Source: Antedon mediterranea (lineage: Eukaryota; Animalia; Echinodermata). Taken from it: 64,000 nt of DNA. A program made the position numbers and the translations under genes. Below the pieces are notes generated by a model. It was not told the origin of the DNA. It saw only the letters and a list, made by a program, of their open reading frames with translations, and ran no database searches. Location: positions 24,349,432-24,413,431 of the forward strand of contig NC_092679.1 in the NCBI RefSeq assembly GCF_964355755.1, written 5' to 3'. Position 1 is the stretch's first letter, and every line of letters begins with the position of its first letter. This document shows, piece after piece, positions 52,085 through 64,000 of this stretch.

Positions 52085-53494
52085 GTTTGCTGGTATTGAA
52101 TCCCTGAAAAATAAACATAACATTTAAATAGAAACATAAACAGGATTCATATTTTATTATTATTAATTTATTTGTGTTCCATTGCGTTTAAATAAAGTAG
52201 GCCTATTGCAATTGTACAACCTAAATTGATTAACACACGCAACAGAGGGACCTAGATGCTACCGTATGTTTAGTCACCTTTAGCTTTACAACCAAGTAAT
52301 ATTTAATAATAATCATTAATATACTTATGGTAATACTTTGCCAATTATATAAAATCTGAAAATAACAAACTTGTTCTAACCATATTAAAATATACAACAG
52401 TATCGAATTTCCATTCAGATTAAATTGTAAATATCAACAATGATTAATAATAGCAAAGAAAACATTTTCAAGAACGTATACATATTACAAAATATTACGC
52501 AACGTATCCACTTAGTATAATACACGACAATTAATCATTTATTGTTGAGACAATACAATTAATAAGAAATCAATATTAAAAGCATCAATCAATATTTAAG
52601 TACAAAAACACAACAAACTTATATATTAAGATAGAACACTCTAAACAATATTATTTGAAACATACACAGATTTGTGTTATCGAATGACGTGTTTGCGTTA
52701 CAAATGACGTATTTGCGTTACATAATAAATCCTCTTAGTTTTAGAATACTGTATTAGAGAGAACACAAGATTGACGTAATAAAATAAAGTAAACACAATT
52801 AAAACTTGTTAAATCTACTTACCATTATTTTACGCAGAGGCAATATTATTCCGAATGAAACATTGATATAAAACAAAAATTGTGATTAGACCAGTTTATG
52901 AAATCAACAATTATAGGAAATTGTAGGCCTATTAGTAAAAATGAATTTTAAAAAGACTATTACTTGTACGTTTGTCAAAATCATAAACTGAACAAAAAAA
53001 AACACATATGTCTTTCTTGCTACTTTTTGTGAAAAAAATGTATTAATATTAATATTATACAGAAGATGTTCTGGTAATCTGTGTCATTACTATTGAACGT
53101 CCTATTTTAAGAGCATAATTATAAGTTAGAAAAGGCCTACAATAAATTATTTTTTAATTAGTTGTTTCTAAAATGTTTACTTGCGATGTACCAATAAAAC
53201 CAAATAAAACAATTGAAGCTGCTGTAGAAGACATTAAAGTAATTATTAATACAACTTAGTTTGTTATTTAAGCACGTCAAACTCACATTGTTAGGCGATA
53301 TTATTAGTTGTTCGGATGCTAGATTTTACACACAGACGCCGTACCTCGTCTACCGTAGAGCGCTAGAAATAAATCTCAAACTGCCGGATCGAAACAAAGT
53401 CAGAAAACTGTGCCTGGGAGGAAATCTATACGCCAAGGAAAGGTCTCCCAACTAAAACAAAATATTTGATCTAATTTAGAAAATAGAGCGATTT

Positions 53495-53595
53495 GATTGG
53501 ATGAATTATTGACCGCATTGCGTCATGCTTCAGTAATATTACCCAGAACAATTAGCGAATATTCATGACATCACTTAAGTTGCAGCCAATGGCGT
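53495..53595. promoter_or_regulatory. Candidate promoter of calmodulin-like A (CCAAT boxes, TGCGTCA CRE/AP-1-like site)
   Basis: gattgg near 53495, ttgcgtca near 53518, gccaat near 53585; a minus-strand gtgagt donor at 53286-53281 would close a non-coding first exon. Confidence 0.35.
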
Positions 53596-56500
53596 TCTTG
53601 AATTGTTAGCATTCCACAGCATTAAAGTGTTTATATTATTATGCATTAGCACTGACAATATACCTCCCTGGACAATATTTGTAATGACCAGTTATACCAG
53701 ACCAGTAATATTATATTATACAAATTTCCATAATTTTCACAAAGAATTGAATATGTAGTTACACTTTAAATAATGTTAAGCCTGCGTCTGTGACAGATTA
53801 CTTGCTTGCTGTTTAAGCCTCTGCGTATTTTTAAACTTTGTTTCATCTTGTATGTATAATTCAACCCAAAAGTTGCAATAAAAGTATTTTATCGTAATCT
53901 TAAATGTATACATAATTGCCACTTTTAAAGAACAACTGGACACTATTGACATCGAAAGTAATTCCTCAAAAGCACACTTTGCTATAAATTAATATTATTA
54001 CACATGACCCTAACGAACGTACGCGATAACCAGTAATGGTGATTGTACATCATGGATACAGATACATGTTACATTTAAATATATATATATTTATATAAAA
54101 CAATTATAATATTATTCACTGTTATTCAGTGAGTTACTTCATTTTTGTTACGGTACACGTTTTGTGTTTTGTCGGTTAAGTTCCTTTCCTATATGAAAAT
54201 ATAGAATTAGTTGATTGTATTTAATTGAGTCACCAGACAGAAGACATAATAATTACCGGAAGAAAGCGGTTGCCATGTTTTAATTAGGCGCTATGGTTTA
54301 TGAAAGTCATAAATATTGAGTGTGCGTTGATGATGTTCAATGTACAGTGTTATACATACGGTAACTAAACAACTACATTTTTATTAATGGGGATTGCACT
54401 TTAATGTTTTATTTTCATAAACACAAATATTATCACAAATGTTATTTTTTTAATATTAGACGATAATTCCATTCAATTACTGAAATATTTTAATCACCTA
54501 TTATGCTTTTCCAATTTTTCAATAAATAAATCATATATTTATTTTATTTATTAAATGTTATCAAGAAAATGTTCACTTACCAACATTTGACTTCAGAGAC
54601 ACAATCATTTCAAATATTATTTAAATAATTATAATCATTTTAAAATACGTTGTCCTACCTTTTATTTTTATAATCAATTATTAATAACATTTTTTACTAC
54701 AGTACAGAAAATGTGTAGATACAAATATTGAAATTTAGTGGATGGCCATAATTATAATTACTTTTATAGTTAGTTAATCATAATTAAAAGTTAATCTTAA
54801 CAACAGTTTAATTATAAATGACCCATTGAACACATCACTGTTTTATTTTATGTGAAAAGCAAAATGCAATAGTTTAATAATAACAAAGGCCGTTCCAAAT
54901 GAGCACTCTTGATTAAATTACTTCTCACTAGTGTAGTTATACCACGGTCCCTGGTTATACGACGATAGTCTTCTGTGCCGACGATCTTAGATGAGTTTGG
55001 AATGACAAAAACGCGAAATATGTGCGACCAGGATTGACATCAACAACTGATGATAATATTATAGTTGTTGCCAGCCTTGTGGGATAGATGTGCGAACGAA
55101 CCGCAGTGCAGAGCAATCAAAGCCAATGAACAGACAAGATTTACTTTTGTTGTCGAAGTTGATGCTAGCGCCGTTTATTACCAGCTTTGAGCCTACGATA
55201 GGATTCACCTTCGCTAAGCGGTAACTTGTCAACTTGGACAATCATTTCTAAGGTAGTGTAGCCCGCTTCTGTATGCGTCACTTTCATTTTCAACGTACAG
55301 TATATTTAGGATAAACTGTTATAACCTATATATTAACAATAATAATTTTGATTTGAAGTCATAAATGTTAGAAATAAGAACATTTGTGGTGTCCAGTAAT
55401 GTTTTATTATAATACGGTATTATTACGGAAACAATAACATTTGACTTAGTGTCGTGTGTTAATATCATTCCTTAATTTTATAGTATAATCGATATTGTTA
55501 ATTAGTTTTGACAGTTTTGAGTAGTGCAGTAGTAGTTTAGTGCAGTAGTACTAGGACAATTTATACAAAAGTTATCTCAGTATTTACTATAATTTAATCA
55601 ATTAATTTGACATAATTTATCTTGAAATGAAGTGATTTACATAAATTATGCCAAAAATTGTATTTATTTACACACATTAATATGAAATTATATTATATTC
55701 AAAATATGTAGCTGATTACTATTTTAAAACTAAAGAGAAATAAATAATAATAGTAACTGTTATTGTTTATTATTTAATACGTTCTTTTAAAACAATTACA
55801 TGATCAATATATTGTTTTTCTCTGAAGATTCAGACTTAAAGCCATTATGGCTTATTGTAATCTCCACACACAATCAAATGTTTTACTATTATTTATAAGT
55901 ACAAATGTATAGGTCTAGTGTAATATTGTGTGTGAAATAAAAGAGAAACTGAAAAAAAAATTACTGTAGGACTGCTGTAATTATAATTCTGAATACTTTG
56001 GTTTATTTCTATTATATTTCTATTTATATTATTTTTTAGTGTATCGATAATCGGTATTGCGGTTTAAACTATAATATACTATTATGTATCACCAATTATT
56101 ATTTTTATGACGTCGTTTCGTTGAACGCTGACGAAAGTCAAAATATATGCCCTGTCCACATTTAGTAAAACTTTCTCATGTGTTTAAGGCACGCTTTTAT
56201 ATTAGATACATATTTATCAGTATTCATCTAGGCCTACGGTATGTTATTATAATAATGGTTGTAGAACCAAAGTTGTTACGTTTGAAATATAGGCTTAATT
56301 CATTATTTGTTTTTGTCGTGATATCGAAAATTAAATGGCTACGAACATATATATTATTATCCTAAATATTTACTACGAGTACTGTCATTTTAAGAGAATA
56401 ATATGTAGTCCGATAAGGTAGGTATAAACACGGGTCGTATTTGTGTCGACATAAAAGATACCCGTGCCAAAGAACAAACAAAGTGTGATATGATAATTCG

Positions 56501-56930
56501 GCGTGTGACAGGAATGACAGTAAGCCGTCAGTAATGCCTATATTTGGTACTTGACATTGGCATGTTTATGTAGATAGCCACGCGTAAGGCCTGTTGTAAC
56601 TAATGAACCATGATAGATTATTAATGCCGCCTGGTAGGTAGCTGCGTATAACATGTTCGTCAGGGATTTAACTTGTAAGTGTAATAGTGTTTTATAGATC
56701 AATATAGCTAACGTTTCTAAAAAAGAAACAAGATTTTAATTTTTTTGTCTTTACGTGGAACGGGAAAATAATATTTACAAAATTGTGCGTTCAGAACGGG
56801 ATTTAATGAAACAAAAAAATAGAAGAACAGCTTGAATACAGTTTAAAAGTGTCTTTAACTCAAACTTACTATCTGATTTTTTCCTCAGAAACAATACTAT
56901 CTCTGAGCTGGTCTCGAAACATCAGACAAA

Positions 56931-58689
56931 ATGGGTAGCATAGTAAGTAGTTATGTTGTTTTCTTGTCATTTTTAAAAAACTACAAACATTTTAAAAGAC
57001 AAAGGCGGCTCCTCGGAAATCAGGGGATGAAAGTGACGCTTAACACGTATATTTTGTTTTTAGTCTAATATTGATAATCATTCTTTCTATTCTCAATTTA
57101 CAGGCAGACGAACTTGATTTTAGTAATGAGCAAGTTCAAGGTAAGCAATACTTTGCGTATATTATCCGTCGGGCAAGAATTTCGGTGAGCGGTTGTGATC
57201 AGCCAGGCGTAAGTCAACCGCGGTTTTTACACAAACATATACGGTAGCTCACAAGTAGCTAACATTTGTTGCGCTAAAAAATCTAACACCTAAAATTTGT
57301 ATTGTTGTTTTGATATTAATCATGTGTTAGTTGGTGAATCAATCAATTAAGACTACCGGTAGCTGATGACGATGATGTAATGTAAATGATTTTCTATCTT
57401 AATAAGCCTAATTGTATAAGGCAACCACGACCATTTAGTTAGATAACAGTTAATATTGAAATTCCTATTTTTTACAGAAATAAAACAAACATTTGATACT
57501 TACGACTCAAAACATGAAGGATGTATAAAGGCTATGGTACTGAAAGAAATAATGAAAAAGCTTGGTCAAGAACCACCGCAAGATGAAATAGACCATATGA
57601 TAGACGAAGTTGGCTGTGGCGGTAAGTTGGCATACGACAGTTATTGGTGTATCGTGTCAGTTTTTTTTTATTTGGTAAAACGCCGTTTTCTTTCATTGAA
57701 CACTTATGTTTCGACGCCTACTTACGTGTTGATGTATTCTAACGCGAAATAATGCGCAACCAATCTAAGCTCATTAACGCCTATTGAATTTCTACCTAGG
57801 AAACTTTGCTACTTTCTCTGTGACAACAACAAAATAAATTTTCCTAGTGTTTGAACCAGCGACCGATTTTAAATTTGTTTAAAATTATTATTATTTTGCA
57901 GAACATGGATCAATTATTTTTGATGATTTTCTTGTGTTGATGGCACATGTTATGTCAATTGGTGATGGAGACGAAGACGATGATGAAGAAGAACTCAGAG
58001 AAGCGTTTCGAATGTTTGATGAAGATGGCAATGGTGTAATAAGGTATCGTCGTAAACATTTTTTCAAGGAATGTAGTTTCTCGATAATAAGTAGCAGTAT
58101 CTAACTTAACTTACTAAACCCTCTAAATAACCTTACATTAGCCCATGTTTATAGTTTGCAGCTGTACCGTGGATATAAGGTTTGATTCCTATTTATTAAT
58201 TTATTTGAACCTAGGCCTACTTTTGTGCCTAAGGCCTTTCTTTACTGCCACAAGAAGAGTATAATATGAACACATACTACTGTATATGTATATTAGCACA
58301 CCGTTTCACAATTTTGTTTACAGTATCGAAGAACTTCGTGAAGTTTTAACAAGTCTTAAAACATCGGCCACAGAAGTTGATGAAATGGTCAGACAAGCCG
58401 ACATGGATGGTGATGGACAAGTTAATTATGAAGGTATTGATTTTGTATAATTTTTAACATCACAAATTTTCTATTTTCGCATGAAACTACGATCGTGACG
58501 TAGTTTGGTCGTAAATTGAAAGTTCCCCCTAATGTCATCGTTTTCAGATACATTATTCCCTTCTGAACATTACAACAATCTATGTTCATTCATTTATTGT
58601 CATCATAATCATTAAATATCAATTCTCCTTTTACTATTTATTTCCTGTTTTTGCTTTCAGAATTCGTTGAAATGATGAGTCCAAAATAA
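56931..58689 (+). CDS. Calmodulin-like protein B (degenerate N-lobe, canonical C-lobe)
   Basis: Exons 56931-56942, 57104-57140, 57478-57621, 57902-58043, 58324-58433, 58661-58689. [103 protein letters not shown]. Confidence 0.92.
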
Positions 58690-59799
58690 TTTTGAAGACT
58701 TTGGATGAAACAGAAATTCCAAATATCCTAAAAGAACTTTTTGTAAAAATCCTAATCAAGCTGCCAGTTATCGTGAGTTCAACAAGATGATGGAAATTTA
58801 TCAATTTTCATATGCCAAAATCAAATCTATAGATATTTATATACTTACTGAATTTCAGTTCACCAAAGTAGTTTGGTGTGTTACCATCCTTTTTAATAGG
58901 CATTATTTTTTGTATATAGAACTATCTGCCTGCCTACTGTTTTCTTTTATTTCGCTATAATGTATATAGATGTTAAATCACATGAACAGTTAAAAAAAGT
59001 CTTACGAAGTTTTTATTATTTTTAGAATTTTTTTTGGTATGACAGAATACAACTAAACAATATTTATTTCATTCGCATGATTATTCTCAATTTTTTTTAA
59101 TATTTTTTATTTTGTTATGAAGCATCATATATTTCCATTTGCAGAAATGGTTGTAGTGTTTATTGTGTGCAATAAACGAATAAATTCTTTTCTTCTACTC
59201 TGTTCTATCTCCTATTCTTTGTTCTGTTTCTTATTTCTTCTATCTATTGCTTGTTTCCTAATTCGATTTTGAAACACAAAAATAACGTTTAACAACTTCG
59301 AACTTAACCTTTTAGTTTTAGTCATTACTGTAGTTGATCCTTCAGTGGTTTGCAATTTTCCTTATACAGTCTTTTTCATGTTCTTTTATTATTTTCAAAA
59401 CCATATTGACACTTGACACAAAATGTAGCATTAATATATACAATGTACTTTTCTTGTAAAATAACCTTCTAAAGATCGGTGCATTTTGTAAATAATTCTA
59501 CGCAAACCGTTCTATATTTGCTGCAACGTAGGTCTATAGCCTATCCTAACTTTATTTACTCTCTTACTACTTTGTTGTATCATTTTATTCCTGCTAATCC
59601 TTCTTGCTAATTCCTCATACTTCTGCTTTCTAATCATTGTTCCTGTTATTAGTTTTTAGTAGGCCAAGAGCTATCGGCATAGCTTCTTCGTCTTATATTA
59701 TCGTAATGCTATTTGAGGGCCAATTAATATTTTTGCTAAATTTTACATTTTGCTAAAGTCCTTGCTTTGTTTCGCATATCATTAGGACTATACTTTATT

Positions 59800-62200
59800 C
59801 AATCTACTTCTTCTTTGTCCTCTTCTTATATTCTTTTTCCTTCTATTGATATTTTATTATCATTTTTTTATTTTATTGATATTTTTTATTTTTACTCTTC
59901 TATTCTCTCTTTAATTTTTTAAATATTCTACCTTACATCTATTATATCTTTACATTTTCCTTTCTTATTTTTTCTATGATATCCTACTTGTTTAATTTGC
60001 TTCTTCACTATCCCTCCCATTCACCTACTTTTATCCTTCCCTTTTTTGCATTTCTATGTCTATTTTTTCTTCCATTCTATCCGTTTTATCTTTTGATTTT
60101 TTTCTATTTTATCCTTTCTATTTGTCTTTTTACCATCCTCTCTTCTATTCTTCTTTTTATCTTAAATTCTTCTATCATAATTATCCTTCCTGTTTAATTT
60201 TCTATTTTTCTTTTATTCTCTTATTCATTTTGAAATATTTCTCCTTTACTTTTTACTTTCTTATTTTTTCCATTCTTCGTGCTCTCTATTCTATCCATGT
60301 TTATCTTTCTACTTTTCTTCTATTTTATACTATCTTTTTATTTATTCTCTTCTGTCCTAATTTACGTTTACCTACTTTTCTTCTGTCATATTGTATCCTT
60401 TCTTTTACATTTGTCTAATCCCTTCTTCACTTCTAAATATTCTACTTTACTTCTTATTCTATCTTTCCATTTTACCCTTCATTTTTACTTTTCTATTTTG
60501 TATTCTATAGTATTCTATCCTTGCAATTGCCTTGTCATTTTCTTCTATTTTATTCTTTTGTTAAACTATTCTATTTTCTTCTATTCTATCATTCCATTAT
60601 ACTCTTCGTTTTCTTCTATTCTATCCTTTCATTTCTATTTTTCTTCACTCCTATTCTTCATTATTCTATTCGTACTTTCTCCTATTCTTTTCTTCACTTT
60701 CAACAATTCTACTTTACTTCTTTTCTTTCCTTCATTTTCAACCATTCTACTTTCTTCTCTTCTTTCCTTCACTTTCTACCTTCTTTTCTTTCTTCACTTT
60801 TAGCCATTTATACTTTACTTCTTTTCTTTCCTTCACTTTCAAACTTTCTACTTTCTTCTCTTCTTTCCTTCCTTCACTGTCAAACTTTCTACTTTTCTTC
60901 TCTTCTTTCTTTCACATTTAACCATTCTACTTTACTTCATTTACTTCCTTCACTTCCTTCACTTTCTACCTTCTTTTACTTCCTTCACTTTCAAACTTTC
61001 TACTTCTCTTCTTTTCCTTACAAACTTTCTACCTTTCTTCTCTTCTTTCCTTTACTTTTAACCATTCTACTTTATTTCTTTTACTTCCTTCACTTTCTAC
61101 CTTCTTTTACTTTCTTCACTTTCTACCTTCTTTTACTTACTTCACTTTCTACCTTCTTTTACTTCCTTCACTTCCTTCACTTTCTACCTTCTTTAACTTC
61201 CTTCACATTCAAACTTTCTACTTTCTTCTCTTCTTTGCTTCACTTTCAAACTTTCTACTTTCTTCTATTATTTCCTTTACTTTTAACCATTCTACTTTAC
61301 TTCATTTACTTCCTTCACTTCCTTCACTTTCTACCTTCTTTTACTTCCTTCACTTCCTTCACTTTCTACCTTCTTTTACTTCCTTCACTTTCAAACTTTC
61401 TACTTTCTTCTCTTCTTTCCTTCCTTCACTTTCAAACTTTCTACTTTTCTTCTCTTCTTTCCTTCACTTTTAACCATTCTACTTTCCTTCCTTCACTTTC
61501 AAACTTTCTACTTTCTTCTCTTCTTTCCTTCACTTTCAACCATTCTACTTTCTTCTCTTCTTTCCTTCACTTTTAACTATTCTACTTCTTTATTTCCTTC
61601 TTACCTTTCAATTTTCTTTCATTTTCTGTTTTTCATTTACTTATACGTCCTTTCTATTGCTACAATGTATGTTATATTTATCTTTATACTAATATTCTAT
61701 GTATTCCTTTCTTCTTTACATTTAATATTTACTATGTTTGCGTTTACCATCTCACTTTACTTCTAATAGTTTATCTTTTTTTGTATACTTATTTGTTTAC
61801 CTTTCTACATTTCTTCTCTTTTAATTTTTGTTCTTTTCACTGTTCTATTTTACTATTTTGGCTATTTTCTTCCTCTTTCTTTCTTGTTTCTTTTTCAAAC
61901 ATTTGAATCATTTGTTCATGTTCATTCTACTTTTGTAGACTACTATTCCTTCCATCTGCTTTTTTGTATTATTTCCATTCTTCAAACCTTTTCAAACCGT
62001 TTCTATTTTACCAAATTTTTCCTATCTTTTCTATCGATTTATATTTTAGAATTTTTTCTTCTTTCTATCATTCATTTTCTCAACTATCACTCCTAAAAAT
62101 CCCGATAGGTTCCTTTATTATTTGATTGTATTTTTGTTGTAATTTTACCTATTTCTATTGTTTTTTCTTCTTCGTTTTCTTCTACTACCAATTCCTCTTC
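59800..62200. repeat. Pyrimidine-rich low-complexity tract with a scrambled satellite core (about 60620-61590)
   Basis: Almost no G on the plus strand; recurring modules ttccttcactttctaccttcttttac and ttcaaactttctactttcttctc. Confidence 0.9.
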
Positions 62201-62904
62201 ATTAATTATACAGTATAATGATAATGATTATTTAATCGTCATGTCATTTTATTTTATATGATAATACCTTTAATAACTAGGACCTGACTCTTCTTGTATT
62301 ATAATGAAACACATACGCTGTGCAAATTTTAAAACAATTGTTACTTTATTTAAGTAAACATAAATCATTCATTTTAATCAATAATCAACTGTAATTAAGA
62401 GGTCTTGTGTTACTTTTTTCTTATTTTCTAATTTCATTCTCGAAAAATAAACAATCTATATTGATTGAAGTGATTTTGTGTCTAAGGAGCCTTCATTAAT
62501 ATTATTTTGTATAGGCCTACTGACAAAGCTGGTGAAATGTCAATTTGCTAAACATCCAAAAAATCCTCAACACGGGCTCGGAAGTTATCGGTAATTTTTA
62601 CACGTCGTTACAGTTAAATGTTAGAGGAAGAGAATCCAAAGACGGATATCCGCTGCAGCAGTTTATTTAATATGAATGATATAGTTTCTGCCGACAAACA
62701 GAAATGCATAATAGTTATACTAAGAGTTAATAGTTAATAGTATTTATTTTACATACACGATACTGTACAGTAAAATACAAATAAATTAAACAAGTTTGGT
62801 TAAAATAGTTAAATATTTAGAATAAATGCAAGCACTTAAAACTATTCCATATCAATAATGAAATCTTCAAGTCACTTGGTTACATTCTGGTAGATGAGTT
62901 CAAG

Positions 62905-63701
62905 TCAATGTCTGACTGCATTGTTCGCTTTCAACGGCAGGGCCCAAAGCATCGTCCATGTCCCTTATCACAGGTACGAATTCGAAACCTTCTAAATTCG
63001 TTGCATGTACTGTCCAATCTACATTCGCTTCATTCAGAAAAACTTAAGTATGTACCATCTAACGTCAGAAGTCTGTATTCGACAACAAAACCAGGCGCAA
63101 CAAGGCTGAAGTCCGAGTGAAATGTAAAAGCTACGCTTCTTCCTAAGTCATTTACCAAACTTCCAGGTGATGTGGTTCCACAATATGTAGAAAATTATTT
63201 AATGTTGTTATCGTTTAGCGACAAATAAAAAAAGGTACAGTAGATATGTAAAATCGACAGTAATACAATGATAATGTTGGGTTGGTTTGTTGGAAGAACA
63301 TTCCATAACTTGATCGACTGTTTTATCCAGGCGGATTCATTGAAAACAAAATATTCATCGTAATAAATTAATGATTGTGATTTTAATTACTTTTACATTT
63401 ATTTTTGAAAGGAGGCTTTATTCGGAGTAATCTACCTTTCACTTTGTATAGGTGAGCTGTTATTGATTTTATAGCCCGACGAAGACGAATATAAAAAAAC
63501 TAATTGTAGGCCGGAATAAAGTTAATTCGAAGTAAATTTCCAGTGCTATTACTTAATTACCTGTAACTGTGTTGTGCCAATAGATAAATTTAAATTTCAC
63601 CTATAATCCGTCTAGCATCAGGTAATCATAAAAACAGAATCGGTGAATCGTTCGACACTAAATTTAGTAAACGTAATAGCAATTCTTTGGTTCTCTGTTG
63701 C
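62905..63701 (-). pseudogene. Disabled CUB + thrombospondin type-1 gene fragment
   Basis: 63701-63603: ATENQRIAITFTKFSVE-(frameshift)-CFYDYLMLDG. About 63187-62905: YCGTTSPG..FTFHSDFSLVAPGFVVEY..DGTYLSFSE*SECRLDSTCNEFRRFRIRTCDKGHGRCFGP-(frameshift)-VESEQC, with TGA at 63032-63030 in a Trp position. Confidence 0.75.
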
Positions 63702-63769
63702 CTATAATAAAAATACAAACATATTATATGTTTGATTTCCTTAAGCTTAATATAATATACAATTCTATA

Positions 63770-64000
63770 ACACCCATTTTTGTATTCTTGCCATTTTTAA
63801 TTTTAACAAGCGCTGAACATGATTACCCCAGTCATTTTTTCCTGATCAAACACCTATGGAAACATACTCCCATAATGCAGCTAGTAATCAGCGCAAAGTT
63901 GTGTTTTGATCTAACCGGGTTCCCATTTATACACCTGGGTGCAAAGAGGCAAACGTAAGTAAGGTATCTTGCCTAAGGATACAAGCAATGAGGCGGGAGT
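63770..64000 (-). mobile_element. SINE (core and 3' tail; head lies beyond the window end)
   Basis: Minus strand tgtatccttaggcaagatacctta...cacccaggtgtataaatgggaacc is a widespread SINE core motif; tail shared with 32357-32480. Confidence 0.7.

Noticed and set aside
56931-57110. N-myristoylation of calmodulin-like B (MGS start)
   Set aside because: Position 6 is Asp rather than Ser/Thr and following residues are acidic; unfavourable.
59976-62096. Phe/Leu/Ser-rich ORFs up to 351 aa resembling membrane proteins
   Set aside because: Low-complexity pyrimidine DNA is depleted of stop codons; no domain or splice support.
63030-63032. In-frame TGA as selenocysteine or readthrough
   Set aside because: It occupies a TSP1 Trp position (TGG to TGA) and is accompanied by frameshifts, consistent with pseudogenisation.

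Overview
AT-rich, intron-containing animal (invertebrate) genomic DNA; species cannot be fixed from the sequence. Spliced gene models were built by hand from GT-AG junctions: VTI1B (5' part, minus) head-to-head with DHTKD1 (20 coding exons, plus); RPS6KC1 (minus) head-to-head with ARL2 (plus); an LRRC74-like LRR plus EF-hand gene (minus); and a divergent pair of calmodulin-like paralogues. There is also a small C4HC3 RING ORF and a disabled CUB-TSP1 gene fragment. Most long ORFs in the supplied track that are not exons are artefacts of minisatellites or low-complexity DNA. Most notable non-genic structures: (i) an old ~2.8 kb Mutator-like foldback element inserted 23 bp upstream of the RPS6KC1 start codon, inside the RPS6KC1/ARL2 bidirectional promoter; (ii) two Penelope-type hammerhead-like motifs in DHTKD1 introns, one inside a perfect 134-bp inverted repeat with a 12-bp TSD; (iii) tandem amplification of exon-intron junctions, giving 13 consecutive splice donors; (iv) CTAG/TAGGCCTA-rich tracts that mark the first introns of the four head-to-head housekeeping genes and point to a further hidden promoter near 45.4 kb. 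All functional interpretations are inferences awaiting RNA data.
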